From a virus, in the IMG/VR virus record IMGVR_UViG_3300045995_000378: 64,000 nucleotides of DNA; one strand, written 5' to 3'. The position numbers and the translations under genes are program-made. Below the pieces are notes generated by a model. That model saw nothing but the letters and a program-made list of their open reading frames with translations, did no database searches and was not told where the DNA came from. Of the stretch, positions 26,193 through 35,993 are shown piece by piece (position 1 is the stretch's first letter; each line of letters opens with the position of its first letter).

Positions 26193-26755
26193 ACTCCTTT
26201 CGATTCAATTACTATATCACTCTCAACTTCATTACCCCATACATCCCAACCTTCTGTTTTCTGCCGAGCAAAGAGTTCAATGCGATGTAAGTCTCCTGCA
26301 ATTTCTACTATTTTATCTCTGATAATACTTGGTTTTTTGCTATGTTCTTCAATGGGACTTTCAAATACACAATGAATACTCCGAGATTGTCTTGCCATTT
26401 TCCCCTTTAATCCTATCAAGCAAATCTCTGGATTTTGTCGTGTATAATAACCCATCCCCCAAAACAATGAATCAGCACACTTGTTTTTCTTTATCCAAGT
26501 AAAACCTAATGATTTATATTTGAATCCCCATGCCTTCATCAATTCCAACCCTTCCTGCAACCGGGGGAATGTTACCCAGAGGAATAAAATACAATTTACA
26601 TCGCAAATACTCTCAATAGGCAAATTGCATAATTCTTCTATCGAAAGCACACCATTATATCTATCCCCAAGGTTTGCTGTTCCTCTAATGCCAGTACCAC
26701 TTTCAGTTGCTTTCCACGGAGGATCGGCATAAATGATCTGATATTTTCTGTTCAT
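26189..26755 (-). CDS. MT-A70-type N6-adenine DNA methyltransferase
   Basis: IIYADPPW catalytic motif. Confidence 0.7.
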   Translation of the reverse strand: MNRKYQIIYADPPWKATESGTGIRGTANLGDRYNGVLSIEELCNLPIESICDVNCILFLWVTFPRLQEGLELMKAWGFKYKSLGFTWIKKNKCADSLFWGMGYYTRQNPEICLIGLKGKMARQSRSIHCVFESPIEEHSKKPSIIRDKIVEIAGDLHRIELFARQKTEGWDVWGNEVESDIVIESKGV

Positions 26756-27582
26756 TTCGCCCCCAAACCATTCGCTTCCTTAAACATCTGCGCCACGTGG
26801 AATTTCCTATGCACAATCCCCTGCGGTGGCATACAACCCGTGAATTTTGCTAAGTAATCATCATTGGGATTCCATGAGGCATAGGGTGCGTAGTATTTCC
26901 AAGTATCCAATAATGATGCGCCGACACCGGGAGGCTCAACCCCTTCTGGTAATTCAGGTGCTTCCCATGGCTCCAGATATCCAATCAGATCAAAGAACCC
27001 GTCCATTGATTTGCTAAACGCCTTTCCCATTAATGCTGGGGCGCAGGACAATGACCGGTTCCATTTAGGCCGATCTTCAGTACGAGCGGTACAGACCACA
27101 TCGTAACCAGCCAAGGTCAACCCTTGCAAGGCTCTCATTAGGCGGTTCATCTGTCCCGCTAATGTTCCGTAGGCTTCCTCTGACATCTTGACCTGCATGG
27201 TGAGCGCCTTCGCAATTTGCGCTTGTTCTTCTAATGTTTTGGAAGAGAAGTTTTCATGTAGGATTTCCAAGGATAGATGGACAACCATTAAGTGAGTCAG
27301 GGAATCAAGGATGATGGTCTTGGCACTTCCGAATTTACCCTTTGTCATGCAGGTTTCAATCAGGTCATCGAAATTCTCATATATCCCAACCACCATCTTG
27401 AGGTCAGGACGGTTGATGGGCTTAATGCTGGTTTCCACTTTCCGGCCCTCAGCGGTGAGGTAGACGATGGGCATCTCGCTGGTCTGGATTGCCGTGCAGG
27501 TCTTATGTCCACCGGCAAGTGCATAGATCAACATTAGGTTCCCTTGGTGCTCGGCTAAATTGTGGTAATTGACTAAGTTCAT
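26752..27582 (-). CDS. RecA-fold ATPase, Sak4-like (pfam13479-like)
   Basis: degenerate P-loop LAGGHKTCTA, Walker B TIILDS; next to the SSB-like gene. Confidence 0.35.
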   Translation of the reverse strand: MNLVNYHNLAEHQGNLMLIYALAGGHKTCTAIQTSEMPIVYLTAEGRKVETSIKPINRPDLKMVVGIYENFDDLIETCMTKGKFGSAKTIILDSLTHLMVVHLSLEILHENFSSKTLEEQAQIAKALTMQVKMSEEAYGTLAGQMNRLMRALQGLTLAGYDVVCTARTEDRPKWNRSLSCAPALMGKAFSKSMDGFFDLIGYLEPWEAPELPEGVEPPGVGASLLDTWKYYAPYASWNPNDDYLAKFTGCMPPQGIVHRKFHVAQMFKEANGLGAK

Positions 27583-27584
27583 TC

Positions 27585-27818
27585 TTAATCCTCCCCTTTT
27601 TCTATACTATCCATGAATTGAGTTAAAATACTTTTCGGGTTGCTTGCCATTGGACAGCCACCACAAGGGGCCAAGTCACACCTAATAAAATGATGAAATG
27701 CCAAAAACCATGTTCCACACTTAGGACACTTTTCGTCTTTGTATCCTTCAAGGATAGCTTTTTCGTAACGATTAACATCATCCAAAGATAATTCCGACAG
27801 CAAATCAGCCAATTCCAT
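27585..27818 (-). CDS. zinc-ribbon protein (CPKCG...CGGC)
   Basis: Cys4. Confidence 0.45.
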   Translation of the reverse strand: MELADLLSELSLDDVNRYEKAILEGYKDEKCPKCGTWFLAFHHFIRCDLAPCGGCPMASNPKSILTQFMDSIEKGED

Positions 27819-27828
27819 TGTTTCCTCC

Positions 27829-28410
27829 CTATAAGTTACTTCCCCAGTATTTTACCATTGCCATTGCTACACCCTCAAATGTTCTACTTCTGTCCCTTTT
27901 CCGTGTTGGGCTTGGTGGCATTCTAAAAACACGATGTTCTCTACCAACAACCTTATTCGTTGGTTGCAATGGGGGAAGATTATAAAGTGCAAATCCCGTT
28001 TTTTTAGTTTCCCCATGTCCAAAATCATAAGGTTGAATGTAATGAACATTTGGAATATGCTTAAAAAGAACACTTACCGGATTTTCCAATGCAACTTTGT
28101 TGCTGTATTTTTTAGCTAATTCCCATAGTTCAAGTGTCCACAAAATTGCCTCATCTCTTTTATGGTTAAGCGGCATTCCTTTACCGTACCACCGGTTTCC
28201 ACTAACTGCCATTGCTGTGCAATCTGGATGCAGAATAATTAAATCCCATTGTCTTGTAGGAATTACTTGCATTATATCTTGCTGGAAATGCCATTCCGCT
28301 CTCCCACGAGTAGGCTGGAGATCACAAAAGTATGCTAAAAACCCAGCATCTCTAAATGCCTTACAGACAACTTGACTTTCTTCACAACCAATAAGCACTG
28401 TTTTTTTCAT
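27829..28410 (-). CDS. 193-aa protein with degenerate C5-cytosine methyltransferase-like motifs
   Basis: LIGCEES (motif I-like), HPDC (PCQ-like Cys), ENP (ENV-like), C-terminal GSN; no target-recognition domain. Confidence 0.3.
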   Translation of the reverse strand: MKKTVLIGCEESQVVCKAFRDAGFLAYFCDLQPTRGRAEWHFQQDIMQVIPTRQWDLIILHPDCTAMAVSGNRWYGKGMPLNHKRDEAILWTLELWELAKKYSNKVALENPVSVLFKHIPNVHYIQPYDFGHGETKKTGFALYNLPPLQPTNKVVGREHRVFRMPPSPTRKRDRSRTFEGVAMAMVKYWGSNL

Positions 28411-29546
28411 TATGGTTTCTGCCTGATACTAAATTTAGTTTCACTCATATTCTCATTGGCACAAATGGATAAATAAGGGCAAGGTTGACCGTATTGAAAA
28501 TTACACGCCTTCCGATTCTTGTACCAGTTATTTGACCATCTAGCCGATAGGATTTCGATGACGATCTGTTTATATGAGTCAGCGATTTCTTCTAAGCAAA
28601 ATTCTCCGCGAAAAAACTTCTTGCCCATTTTCTTGGATTCACGGTTATATCCGATGAAGTAATTTGATGGCCGTGATAATATTTCGTTGTAAACCCGCTC
28701 GTATAGTTGATCGGGCGTTTCTGCCTCGGTACGCTTTTTTGTTTCCTTGAGAATCTTTTGGCCGGGGAATTGAACCACCTCCATAATTACGTGCTCAAGG
28801 TTCGGATCAGCAAGGAAATACGTCCCGATCTGGCTGGTTAAGGGGTACACTTCCGTATAATACTCCGGCCTACTACTCAATTTATCTTCAGTAAAATACC
28901 CTTGATATTTCCGGTCATAGAACCCGGTTATCTTCAGCGGGAATATCCATTTTCTATCATCTTCTGCTTGATTCTTAGCTTCCTTCCATAAATTGACTAC
29001 TTCCTTAGCATGGTTATCGCCTACAGCTATCGACGGTACGAATTGGCTTGGCGGCAGGATGATATCGTAGGTCATGTCGATCTTGGCCTGTAACTCATAT
29101 CCGGGGTCAACTTCGATTTCGAGGTATTTGTAGGCGGAGTAGATAGCCTTGACCTTCGCTACGGTGTAATCATCGATTTCGTATTTGTTGATAATATCGC
29201 GGAGTGATTTCTTCTCGCCTAAATGGAGCTGCTTGGTGGAATCCCAGAGTTGACCGGCTTTGAGAGCGGATGATAGAAATGGTGGCCGGACTTCGATACC
29301 TAATATCTTCTTTAAATAGTACAAATAATGGCAAGTGCAAAAGTCATTAACTGCACTAAATGACAACGGGATTATCCTGCAAACATCGGCCACACACCGG
29401 AATGCTTTTGGTTGCTTGCAATACCCGCATTCACCGCTGATGGGTTCCATGTTATCATCTTGCGCGGGGATGTAGTAATCGCATTCAAGGTTATCGAATG
29501 ATGGTTGAAACTTTGGGCACAAGGAGGTAGACAAAAGATTTCTCAC
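28410..29546 (-). CDS. Cys-cluster protein, possibly a second Cas4/AddB-like PD-(D/E)XK nuclease
   Basis: N-terminal CGYCKQ..C..C and C-terminal C-x7-C-x5-C. Confidence 0.3.
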   Translation of the reverse strand: MRNLLSTSLCPKFQPSFDNLECDYYIPAQDDNMEPISGECGYCKQPKAFRCVADVCRIIPLSFSAVNDFCTCHYLYYLKKILGIEVRPPFLSSALKAGQLWDSTKQLHLGEKKSLRDIINKYEIDDYTVAKVKAIYSAYKYLEIEVDPGYELQAKIDMTYDIILPPSQFVPSIAVGDNHAKEVVNLWKEAKNQAEDDRKWIFPLKITGFYDRKYQGYFTEDKLSSRPEYYTEVYPLTSQIGTYFLADPNLEHVIMEVVQFPGQKILKETKKRTEAETPDQLYERVYNEILSRPSNYFIGYNRESKKMGKKFFRGEFCLEEIADSYKQIVIEILSARWSNNWYKNRKACNFQYGQPCPYLSICANENMSETKFSIRQKP

Positions 29547-29776
29547 TATCTTAGCGCCCCTTCCATTGCTTTCTTTAAATTTTCACCACGGTCATCAATG
29601 ATTATCGTCCGAGTCTGCCGGTTAGTAGGAAAAAGAAACGAATCGAACGCGCCACCAATTATTAACATACAAATTGCTATTAATAAAATTGCGACAATGC
29701 ATAGTTTCGGGTGGTCTTGTTGGTTTGGGTTGCAAGAAAAAAAGATATCGGAAAACTTCGATTTTGTTTTTTGCAT
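29546..29776 (-). CDS. small membrane protein (76 aa)
   Basis: transmembrane helix IVAILLIAICMLIIGGAF. Confidence 0.45.
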   Translation of the reverse strand: MQKTKSKFSDIFFSCNPNQQDHPKLCIVAILLIAICMLIIGGAFDSFLFPTNRQTRTIIIDDRGENLKKAMEGALR

Positions 29777-29793
29777 ATCATTCTCACTTTCAT

Positions 29794-29845
29794 TTTTCAG
29801 TTTCAGTTCAATTTCAATTTCGTTTGCAATTTCAGTGTCAATCTA
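29794..29845. repeat. degenerate 6-bp periodic repeat (TTTCAG/TTCAAT...) in the 5' leader of gene 29546..29776
   Basis: eight consecutive TTYMRN hexamers between the promoter and the start codon. Confidence 0.6.
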
Positions 29846-29857
29846 TTGTTGAATACG

Positions 29858-29886
29858 CTTATACGGAATATTTATCATGTTGTCAA
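29858..29886 (-). promoter_or_regulatory. sigma70-like promoter GCTTGACAACATGATAAATATTCCGTATAAG (minus strand)
   Basis: TTGACA-N17-TATAAG. Confidence 0.65.
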
Positions 29887-29899
29887 GCATTATTTTATA

Positions 29900-30148
29900 T
29901 CATTTCTTGTGCTTTGTTTTCTTCCGCATTTCAAGAAGCATCTTGACAATATGCTCACCAGTAAATTTTGTTGAAATTTCAAGTGTAAACGTACCGGTCA
30001 TATTAATATTCAATCTACGCAATATGTTATCCACCACTTTAGTAGCTTCTTGCTCGGCGTACATATCCATCGCCATCTTTAGCATTTTAGTAATACCTTT
30101 GATAATAGCCTTCCGTTCTTTCTCCGTTTCAATTCTTATGTGTTCCAT
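29900..30148 (-). CDS. hypothetical protein (82 aa)
   Basis: AGGAGATAGAAT-ATG. Confidence 0.5.
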   Translation of the reverse strand: MEHIRIETEKERKAIIKGITKMLKMAMDMYAEQEATKVVDNILRRLNINMTGTFTLEISTKFTGEHIVKMLLEMRKKTKHKK

Positions 30149-30151
30149 ATT

Positions 30152-30355
30152 CTATCTCCTATGCACCAACCCGCAATATCCTAATTTATCACGGTCTTTA
30201 ATCCCATGGGCAGCCTTCTCGGTCATGTTGATAGTTGGTGGAATATAATATTCCCAGCCCATACAATTGGTTGTGGTACAATTTCCGATTCCTTTTACGC
30301 ATTCCTTTTCTAGTGCATCGGCGGTTCGTACAATCATGGTTAATCTCCTTTTCAA
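30152..30355 (-). CDS. Cys-rich small protein (67 aa)
   Basis: ORF. Confidence 0.45.
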   Translation of the reverse strand: MKRRLTMIVRTADALEKECVKGIGNCTTTNCMGWEYYIPPTINMTEKAAHGIKDRDKLGYCGLVHRR

Positions 30356-30381
30356 TAGGGTTGGTTGGTTACATTGATTGC

Positions 30382-30409
30382 AGAATACACCTATTTACTA
30401 TGTTGTCAA
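30382..30409 (-). promoter_or_regulatory. sigma70-like promoter GCTTGACAACATAGTAAATAGGTGTATTCT (minus strand)
   Basis: TTGACA-N16-TATTCT; same extended consensus as the two above. Confidence 0.5.
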
Positions 30410-30424
30410 GCATGATTATAATTA

Positions 30425-30955
30425 TTATTTCGGCATAGGATACGCTGTCTGCTCAAAAGATAAACTTGTTCCTTCTACATTTACAACCGATGATGTGTCC
30501 CCCATTTCCTGAATACCAACCGAACATGCTGTTGATTTAAATCCAACATTTGTAATCTTTCCTTTTGTAGTTCCCGTTCCCACAATACGAATCAAACAAG
30601 AATCTGTATATGCTTTATCAATATTACGGTTTACAAGACCAATGCTTGTTATCAGGAAAGCCTTATCGAATTGCATTTCAACATCAATAACATCTCCTCC
30701 AATTGGGGTTTTATCGACAAGGATCGTCCTCGCCTTCCCTGTCCCCTTAACTGTTATTGCTTTATTCGCCCAATAAATAGTTTCCGATATATCACAGGTC
30801 ATCGCCGAGATAGAAACAATGTCTCCGTCTACAGCCCTATCTATAGCAGGCTGAATTTCTGCACATGTTCTTGCATATAAGGTGAGGGCGGAAGCGAGAG
30901 TGGCATGGGATAAGAACAATAGGATCGTTAAAAATAATGCTATCTTGAGTTTCAT
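30425..30955 (-). CDS. secreted protein with signal peptide, possibly beta-helix
   Basis: MKLKIALFLTILLFLSHATLASA signal peptide. Confidence 0.5.
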   Translation of the reverse strand: MKLKIALFLTILLFLSHATLASALTLYARTCAEIQPAIDRAVDGDIVSISAMTCDISETIYWANKAITVKGTGKARTILVDKTPIGGDVIDVEMQFDKAFLITSIGLVNRNIDKAYTDSCLIRIVGTGTTKGKITNVGFKSTACSVGIQEMGDTSSVVNVEGTSLSFEQTAYPMPK

Positions 30956-31092
30956 CTTGTCTCCTTCGCAATGTATTTAATGGTCAAAATTCCAAATTAT
31001 TTTACACTCACAATATTCTCTTGCGTCTCAAATACAGCCACCCGGCGATTATCGCTGCGACTATCAGCAGAAAACTGTCCATCCTCCTCACC

Positions 31093-31782
31093 TCAATCAA
31101 TCGCCGAGAAGTCCATTGAAATCGCGTAAGTCACCGTCAACTGCGCCCCGTTGGCTACTGGAACTGTGGGGGAGAGGACGGAACGTTCCATCATAAATGA
31201 GCCATTTGCAGCGTAGAAAAGCTGGAAGTAGCTATAAATTCCGGTTTCTTTAACTGTGATGCTAGCCCCGGAATTATTATTGAAAATCCTGGCTACGCTA
31301 GCAGTCCATACTTTTGTACCCACATTATAAGTGGCCGTGACGGCAGGACAGGCCTGATACGAAAAAGTACCGGAGCCTGTCCCACTCCCTATTAGGCCAG
31401 CAAGCACATATTGTCCAACACCAAATGCTGTGTCAACCGTCCCAACCACAATACCAGAAGCAACGCTACCTACGGCAGCAGCCCAGATCCCATTTGTTGG
31501 GGCAACCAAACTTTGAGCTGATACGTAACCAGCTGTGTTCCTCGAACATAAATAACCAGCGCTGAAATTTGCGGTTGTAGGGAGTGAACCAGCCCCTATA
31601 GCAAACATCATATTCCAGTAATTCCTCGTCCAACTATGCCCCCTCTGCACATCATCAAAAGTCAGTACCCCGCCCTCATGCACCTGTAATCCGATCATGA
31701 TTTCCGGTGGAGCGGGGACTTTGAGTTCCCGGCACATGGATTTTAACTCGTCAAATTTTGCTTCTTCTTTTGGGTCTAACAT
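31093..31782 (-). CDS. tail fibre/tip-associated protein
   Basis: position in the tail distal module; Gly/Thr-rich. Confidence 0.3.
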   Translation of the reverse strand: MLDPKEEAKFDELKSMCRELKVPAPPEIMIGLQVHEGGVLTFDDVQRGHSWTRNYWNMMFAIGAGSLPTTANFSAGYLCSRNTAGYVSAQSLVAPTNGIWAAAVGSVASGIVVGTVDTAFGVGQYVLAGLIGSGTGSGTFSYQACPAVTATYNVGTKVWTASVARIFNNNSGASITVKETGIYSYFQLFYAANGSFMMERSVLSPTVPVANGAQLTVTYAISMDFSAID

Positions 31783-31796
31783 TGTATCCTCCTACA

Positions 31797-32732
31797 TTAC
31801 ATTATCATTATGATTCTTGGCGTAAAAGTACTTGGTGGTGGTGGTGCTTCCTCTTCCGCGCCCCACGATCCCCATGCTGGTTCAGTTCCAAGGAATTGAC
31901 TGATAAATACCCATTCGCTGTAAACAGTCTGACTCTGGGCATGGATGTCTGCATATAAACTATTTGATGAAAGATTTGTCGTAGTGGTCTGTACATTAGT
32001 GCCGTTAATTTCAAATTGAACATTTGTTGAATTATTTCTCTTAACCTCAAATATATTATAGGCGTTATGTCCCACATTTCCAAGTGCGACAAATGTTGCG
32101 CTGCCATTATGTTTAGTTTCAGCATTTAATTGTGATCCTGTGGTATGATTAGCGTAATAATTTGCTGCGGAATTACCAGCAGTTTCAAGATAGAATCCAA
32201 ATTTCATATAACTGCTGTTCGTGCCATACTTCATCAATCCCCGAAACCGAGTATTCGTTCCAACTGTTGTTTTGCCCGTAATTTCACCGGAAGTAAGCGT
32301 AAGCAGAGATGACCCGACAGAACCGCTCCCGTTCCATTTGGTTCCATCCAGTGCCGATCCGGGGAAATCATCGAAGAAGAGAAATGTATTGTCACCATTA
32401 CTCGCTGCGCTTGCCCCTGCGTTTCCATAATACATATAGAACGTAGTCGCACCTGTCCCAATAGAATCAAACTCAATCCAGATTGTCGCGAGTTGATTTG
32501 GAGTTGCCCCGGAAACAGATTCGATCCAGTAATCGAGCAAAGTTGTGCCATCTGATTTAGTGAAACGGATATCGTTGAAAGAAGAAAGGCACAAACCGCC
32601 AGCATCAACGTCCTCACCCGTTGCGCCAGATGATTCACCAAGTAGGAGTTTCATCTGGTAATTAGTAACAGTACCGGAGGCCCTGCTTAAAGAGATTTCC
32701 TTCCTATATGTCCATCCGCTCAACCACGCCAT
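31797..32732 (-). CDS. tail fibre protein with ConA/LamG-like lectin domain
   Basis: FDDFPGSALDGTKW motif typical of concanavalin-like lectin/glucanase folds. Confidence 0.4.
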   Translation of the reverse strand: MAWLSGWTYRKEISLSRASGTVTNYQMKLLLGESSGATGEDVDAGGLCLSSFNDIRFTKSDGTTLLDYWIESVSGATPNQLATIWIEFDSIGTGATTFYMYYGNAGASAASNGDNTFLFFDDFPGSALDGTKWNGSGSVGSSLLTLTSGEITGKTTVGTNTRFRGLMKYGTNSSYMKFGFYLETAGNSAANYYANHTTGSQLNAETKHNGSATFVALGNVGHNAYNIFEVKRNNSTNVQFEINGTNVQTTTTNLSSNSLYADIHAQSQTVYSEWVFISQFLGTEPAWGSWGAEEEAPPPPSTFTPRIIMIM

Positions 32733-32740
32733 AATAATCC

Positions 32741-33646
32741 TTACGGTAAAGCAAAAACGAGTTCCGCTATAAGGCCGAGAGGGGCTGTTGTCGAAACGGC
32801 ACTCACATCAATCCGCAAAATATCTCCTGTCACAACATCATCTTTCGTTACATCAATAGTCCCCGGTGTGGCTGATGTTCGGGTACTAGTTTCTCCGGTT
32901 TCAATATTCATTGAAGTGGAAAGCATTTGCTGCGCGTCTGTAAGATTGTAAATCCCGATGGTTGTGCTGCCCGTCGTGCCTGCGGTGATGACAGTCGCGG
33001 CTACCCGAACGAGGTTCATCCCGGTCATTTCATCGGGTACGACAAAATAGGATTTCCCGTTTCCTGTGGTAATATCTGTTGTAAAATCAAAAATTACAAG
33101 TTCAATTCCTTTTGTACCAAAGTTACTGCCAGCCAACGAATCAGGGGTAACAGCTCTTGTGGCATCTGATCCGGCATTTACCTCTGTGTTGATTGCCAAT
33201 TCTACTATCCCAGCGACCGTTGTGGAGGCTGCTGAGTTATCACCTGAATTTGTCCCTGTTAATCCTAGATCAGTTTTCAACGTTGCAAGGGTGTTAACTT
33301 CAGGCACCCCCGTGCCTGCTGTTTTCCGATAGTACAATGAAGCAGTCGCCATATCTGCGAGTTTCGCCAATGTTATGGAAGCATCGGCAATAGTTGAAGC
33401 CACTCCTTGCAACATCCACCTGAAATCACCTGCATTGGTGTCAGGTCTGATAATATCAGGATCAGATTCCGCCAGTCCATTTGCTATACCGATGTAGGGA
33501 TAAAAAGTATCGTCGATCATCACAAATGCAGCATCAAGCTCTTGCAGCGGATTTCCGTCGCCCCTGTCCGTACCATCAATCCCGTCAAGAGCGGTGGCAG
33601 TTCCGCCTGTGCGCGTTGTCCTGAAAAATACCATCCTGTCAGCCAT
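32741..33646 (-). CDS. tail fibre/baseplate protein
   Basis: position; Thr/Gly-rich beta composition. Confidence 0.3.
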   Translation of the reverse strand: MADRMVFFRTTRTGGTATALDGIDGTDRGDGNPLQELDAAFVMIDDTFYPYIGIANGLAESDPDIIRPDTNAGDFRWMLQGVASTIADASITLAKLADMATASLYYRKTAGTGVPEVNTLATLKTDLGLTGTNSGDNSAASTTVAGIVELAINTEVNAGSDATRAVTPDSLAGSNFGTKGIELVIFDFTTDITTGNGKSYFVVPDEMTGMNLVRVAATVITAGTTGSTTIGIYNLTDAQQMLSTSMNIETGETSTRTSATPGTIDVTKDDVVTGDILRIDVSAVSTTAPLGLIAELVFALP

Positions 33647-33648
33647 GC

Positions 33649-35085
33649 TTACACCTTCCCTAAAACCTTATGTGTTCCTGAACCCGCATTGGTTGTATCG
33701 ATATTTGAACCGCCCGCCGTCAGTGTCACATTAAAACTTCCTGCATCAATAGCAGAAACAAAGTAATGAGTCCCAGCTACCAATGGTGCGGGCAAGGCTC
33801 CTGATGTCTGGAAGAATATTTCCTGATTATCTGACAACCCGTGACTTGCGATGGAAACGATTGCCGGGGATGCTTGTGAAATTGTGCAAACACCGTCGGT
33901 ATCAGCTACTTCATAAAGCCCAAATGAAACTGCAATTGTCGGAACCGAGGGAACTGTCAATGTGTCAGGCGTTGCGCTCACGGGGGCTTCCTCAATCAAA
34001 GTCGTGGTCAAATCAATAACAGGAATGCCGGGAACTGTCAACTCAATCGTTCCATCCCACGGTGATATCCATGTGTCTACCGTAGCGGTTGTAGTAGAAA
34101 CAAAGTCAGCACCCAATCCCTCAATATTCACCGAACCTTCAGCACGAATGGGATTGATAATCGAAATTTGTAAATCCCGATAAAAACCATAGGCAATAGT
34201 TGTCGAATAAAGATTGCTAATAATCCAGACAAGCGGTGTAGCACGGTATTTTTCTAATAGAGACAATATTGCTGAATGAGTAAGGGTTGACATAAAAAAT
34301 TGACAATTGATCTTTTTGGAATAGGATCGTTCTAAAACGGAGAAGTTTCCATAATCATCGGCTTCCTTTTGACTATAATCTGTAATGCCAACATCAATAC
34401 CATATTTAGCACTTCCAATATCTCGTAATCTGCCAAAAATAATCTCCCCGATAGCTAAATCTCCAACATTATTCCTGGCAGATACTGATACTGTAGCGTT
34501 CGGATAAGAAGGCAGTCCAGAGAAAACTCCGTTATATTCGGTCATAATTGTGGAAACTTTTGTCTCGTTATAAACTTCCCCCTCAACAGGATCAGTCATT
34601 ATAACTTGCATATTGGTAAGGTCAGCATTCATTATGGCTATAGAATCAATTTGACCAGGGAGAACATCAAGGCGCATTGCAGCATAATTCCCTGTTGACC
34701 ACGATGTTCCTGGTTCCCACGAAACCCCTGATTCCCAAACGGTGGTAAATACATTAGCCTCAACAACTGCCCGATCGGGTGCCACAATCTGATCAAAGAG
34801 TCGCCATCTGTTTGTTGCCGAAATTCTTAACCACCAGATATAACCTCCACTGACGGCAAGATTATCAGGAGGATAGAGATCAATGTTACCATCTCCATGC
34901 CACATACATTCATAAATTTTATGGACACCAGGAGTAATGCCATCTATTTCATAATTCACCGACACTCGTTGTCCAGTAATATAGGAAACAGTATCATCCC
35001 ATTCCGGATATTTATCACTTATTGCGGAAATATCACAAGAAACAAGGTTGGAATCAGTAATATATGAAGGTGCGATTATTTGCAT
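33649..35085 (-). CDS. tail-associated protein (Tal-like position)
   Basis: second gene after the tape measure protein. Confidence 0.3.
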   Translation of the reverse strand: MQIIAPSYITDSNLVSCDISAISDKYPEWDDTVSYITGQRVSVNYEIDGITPGVHKIYECMWHGDGNIDLYPPDNLAVSGGYIWWLRISATNRWRLFDQIVAPDRAVVEANVFTTVWESGVSWEPGTSWSTGNYAAMRLDVLPGQIDSIAIMNADLTNMQVIMTDPVEGEVYNETKVSTIMTEYNGVFSGLPSYPNATVSVSARNNVGDLAIGEIIFGRLRDIGSAKYGIDVGITDYSQKEADDYGNFSVLERSYSKKINCQFFMSTLTHSAILSLLEKYRATPLVWIISNLYSTTIAYGFYRDLQISIINPIRAEGSVNIEGLGADFVSTTTATVDTWISPWDGTIELTVPGIPVIDLTTTLIEEAPVSATPDTLTVPSVPTIAVSFGLYEVADTDGVCTISQASPAIVSIASHGLSDNQEIFFQTSGALPAPLVAGTHYFVSAIDAGSFNVTLTAGGSNIDTTNAGSGTHKVLGKV

Positions 35086-35993
35086 TAAACCAACCCCTCA
35101 ATTTCCAATTCACATATACTAATTGTCTTGTAAGAAAGAACAATCGAAAAATCTTTATAAAATCCATACACTATCATAGAGGGATAATCCACTGAACCTA
35201 CCCAAACCGTCGGCAAGGCTCTACGACCAGCAAGAATATTATATGTCAGGTCAAGTGCGGTATTCTGAACTCTGGTAGTACAAGTTAATCGTTTGGAATA
35301 GGCCCTTTCGGTAATAGTATAATTTCCAAAAGAATCAATTTCTTTTACTGAATAATCAATAATGCCTATGGTTGGTGTATAAAGCGTGTCTCCTATAGAT
35401 TCCTTGTTCCCTATGACAATTTCTCCTACCTTAGCGGCAGTTAAGTGATTGCGTATCGTGATAGTAAAATAAGGATTATTGTCAGCGCCAAAATCAGTCT
35501 TGACAATATCCGAAACATATAGTTCGTTGACCTCATCATACGTGTCTGCATTCCACGTTTCATCGGCAACATCCCCGGCAAACGTTCCGTGTCGCCTTTC
35601 AACCATTACTGACTCAGCTTCAATGTTTAGCAGTACCACGCTGTCGATTGACATTCCGGGAGTAAACCGGTAAACAATGTCGGCGCCCCCTACTGCCTCA
35701 GCCTGCCCGGTAACTTGTTTATCAAAAGGGAGCCATGCCTCCGTCGCGCCGAAGATTAACCAATAAGCATCATTGCCTGTTCCCCCAGGAGTAAAACCTT
35801 CATTCGGGGTTATCAACGAAACATAAAGCCTATGGTCGGCGACAACCATGACCATGTCATCCACGGCATAATTTGTCCCTGCTGACCATTCGCCCTGATA
35901 GTGGTCTTGTGCAATATCAAAACCCGATGGCTCTGAAATCGACGAGGAGTAAAATATAGCGTCTGTTACGGTTATGGGAGGTATTATCTCCAT
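35085..35993 (-). CDS. distal tail protein (Dit-like position)
   Basis: immediately downstream of the tape measure protein; start trimmed to the ATGA overlap. Confidence 0.3.
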   Translation of the reverse strand: MEIIPPITVTDAIFYSSSISEPSGFDIAQDHYQGEWSAGTNYAVDDMVMVVADHRLYVSLITPNEGFTPGGTGNDAYWLIFGATEAWLPFDKQVTGQAEAVGGADIVYRFTPGMSIDSVVLLNIEAESVMVERRHGTFAGDVADETWNADTYDEVNELYVSDIVKTDFGADNNPYFTITIRNHLTAAKVGEIVIGNKESIGDTLYTPTIGIIDYSVKEIDSFGNYTITERAYSKRLTCTTRVQNTALDLTYNILAGRRALPTVWVGSVDYPSMIVYGFYKDFSIVLSYKTISICELEIEGLV

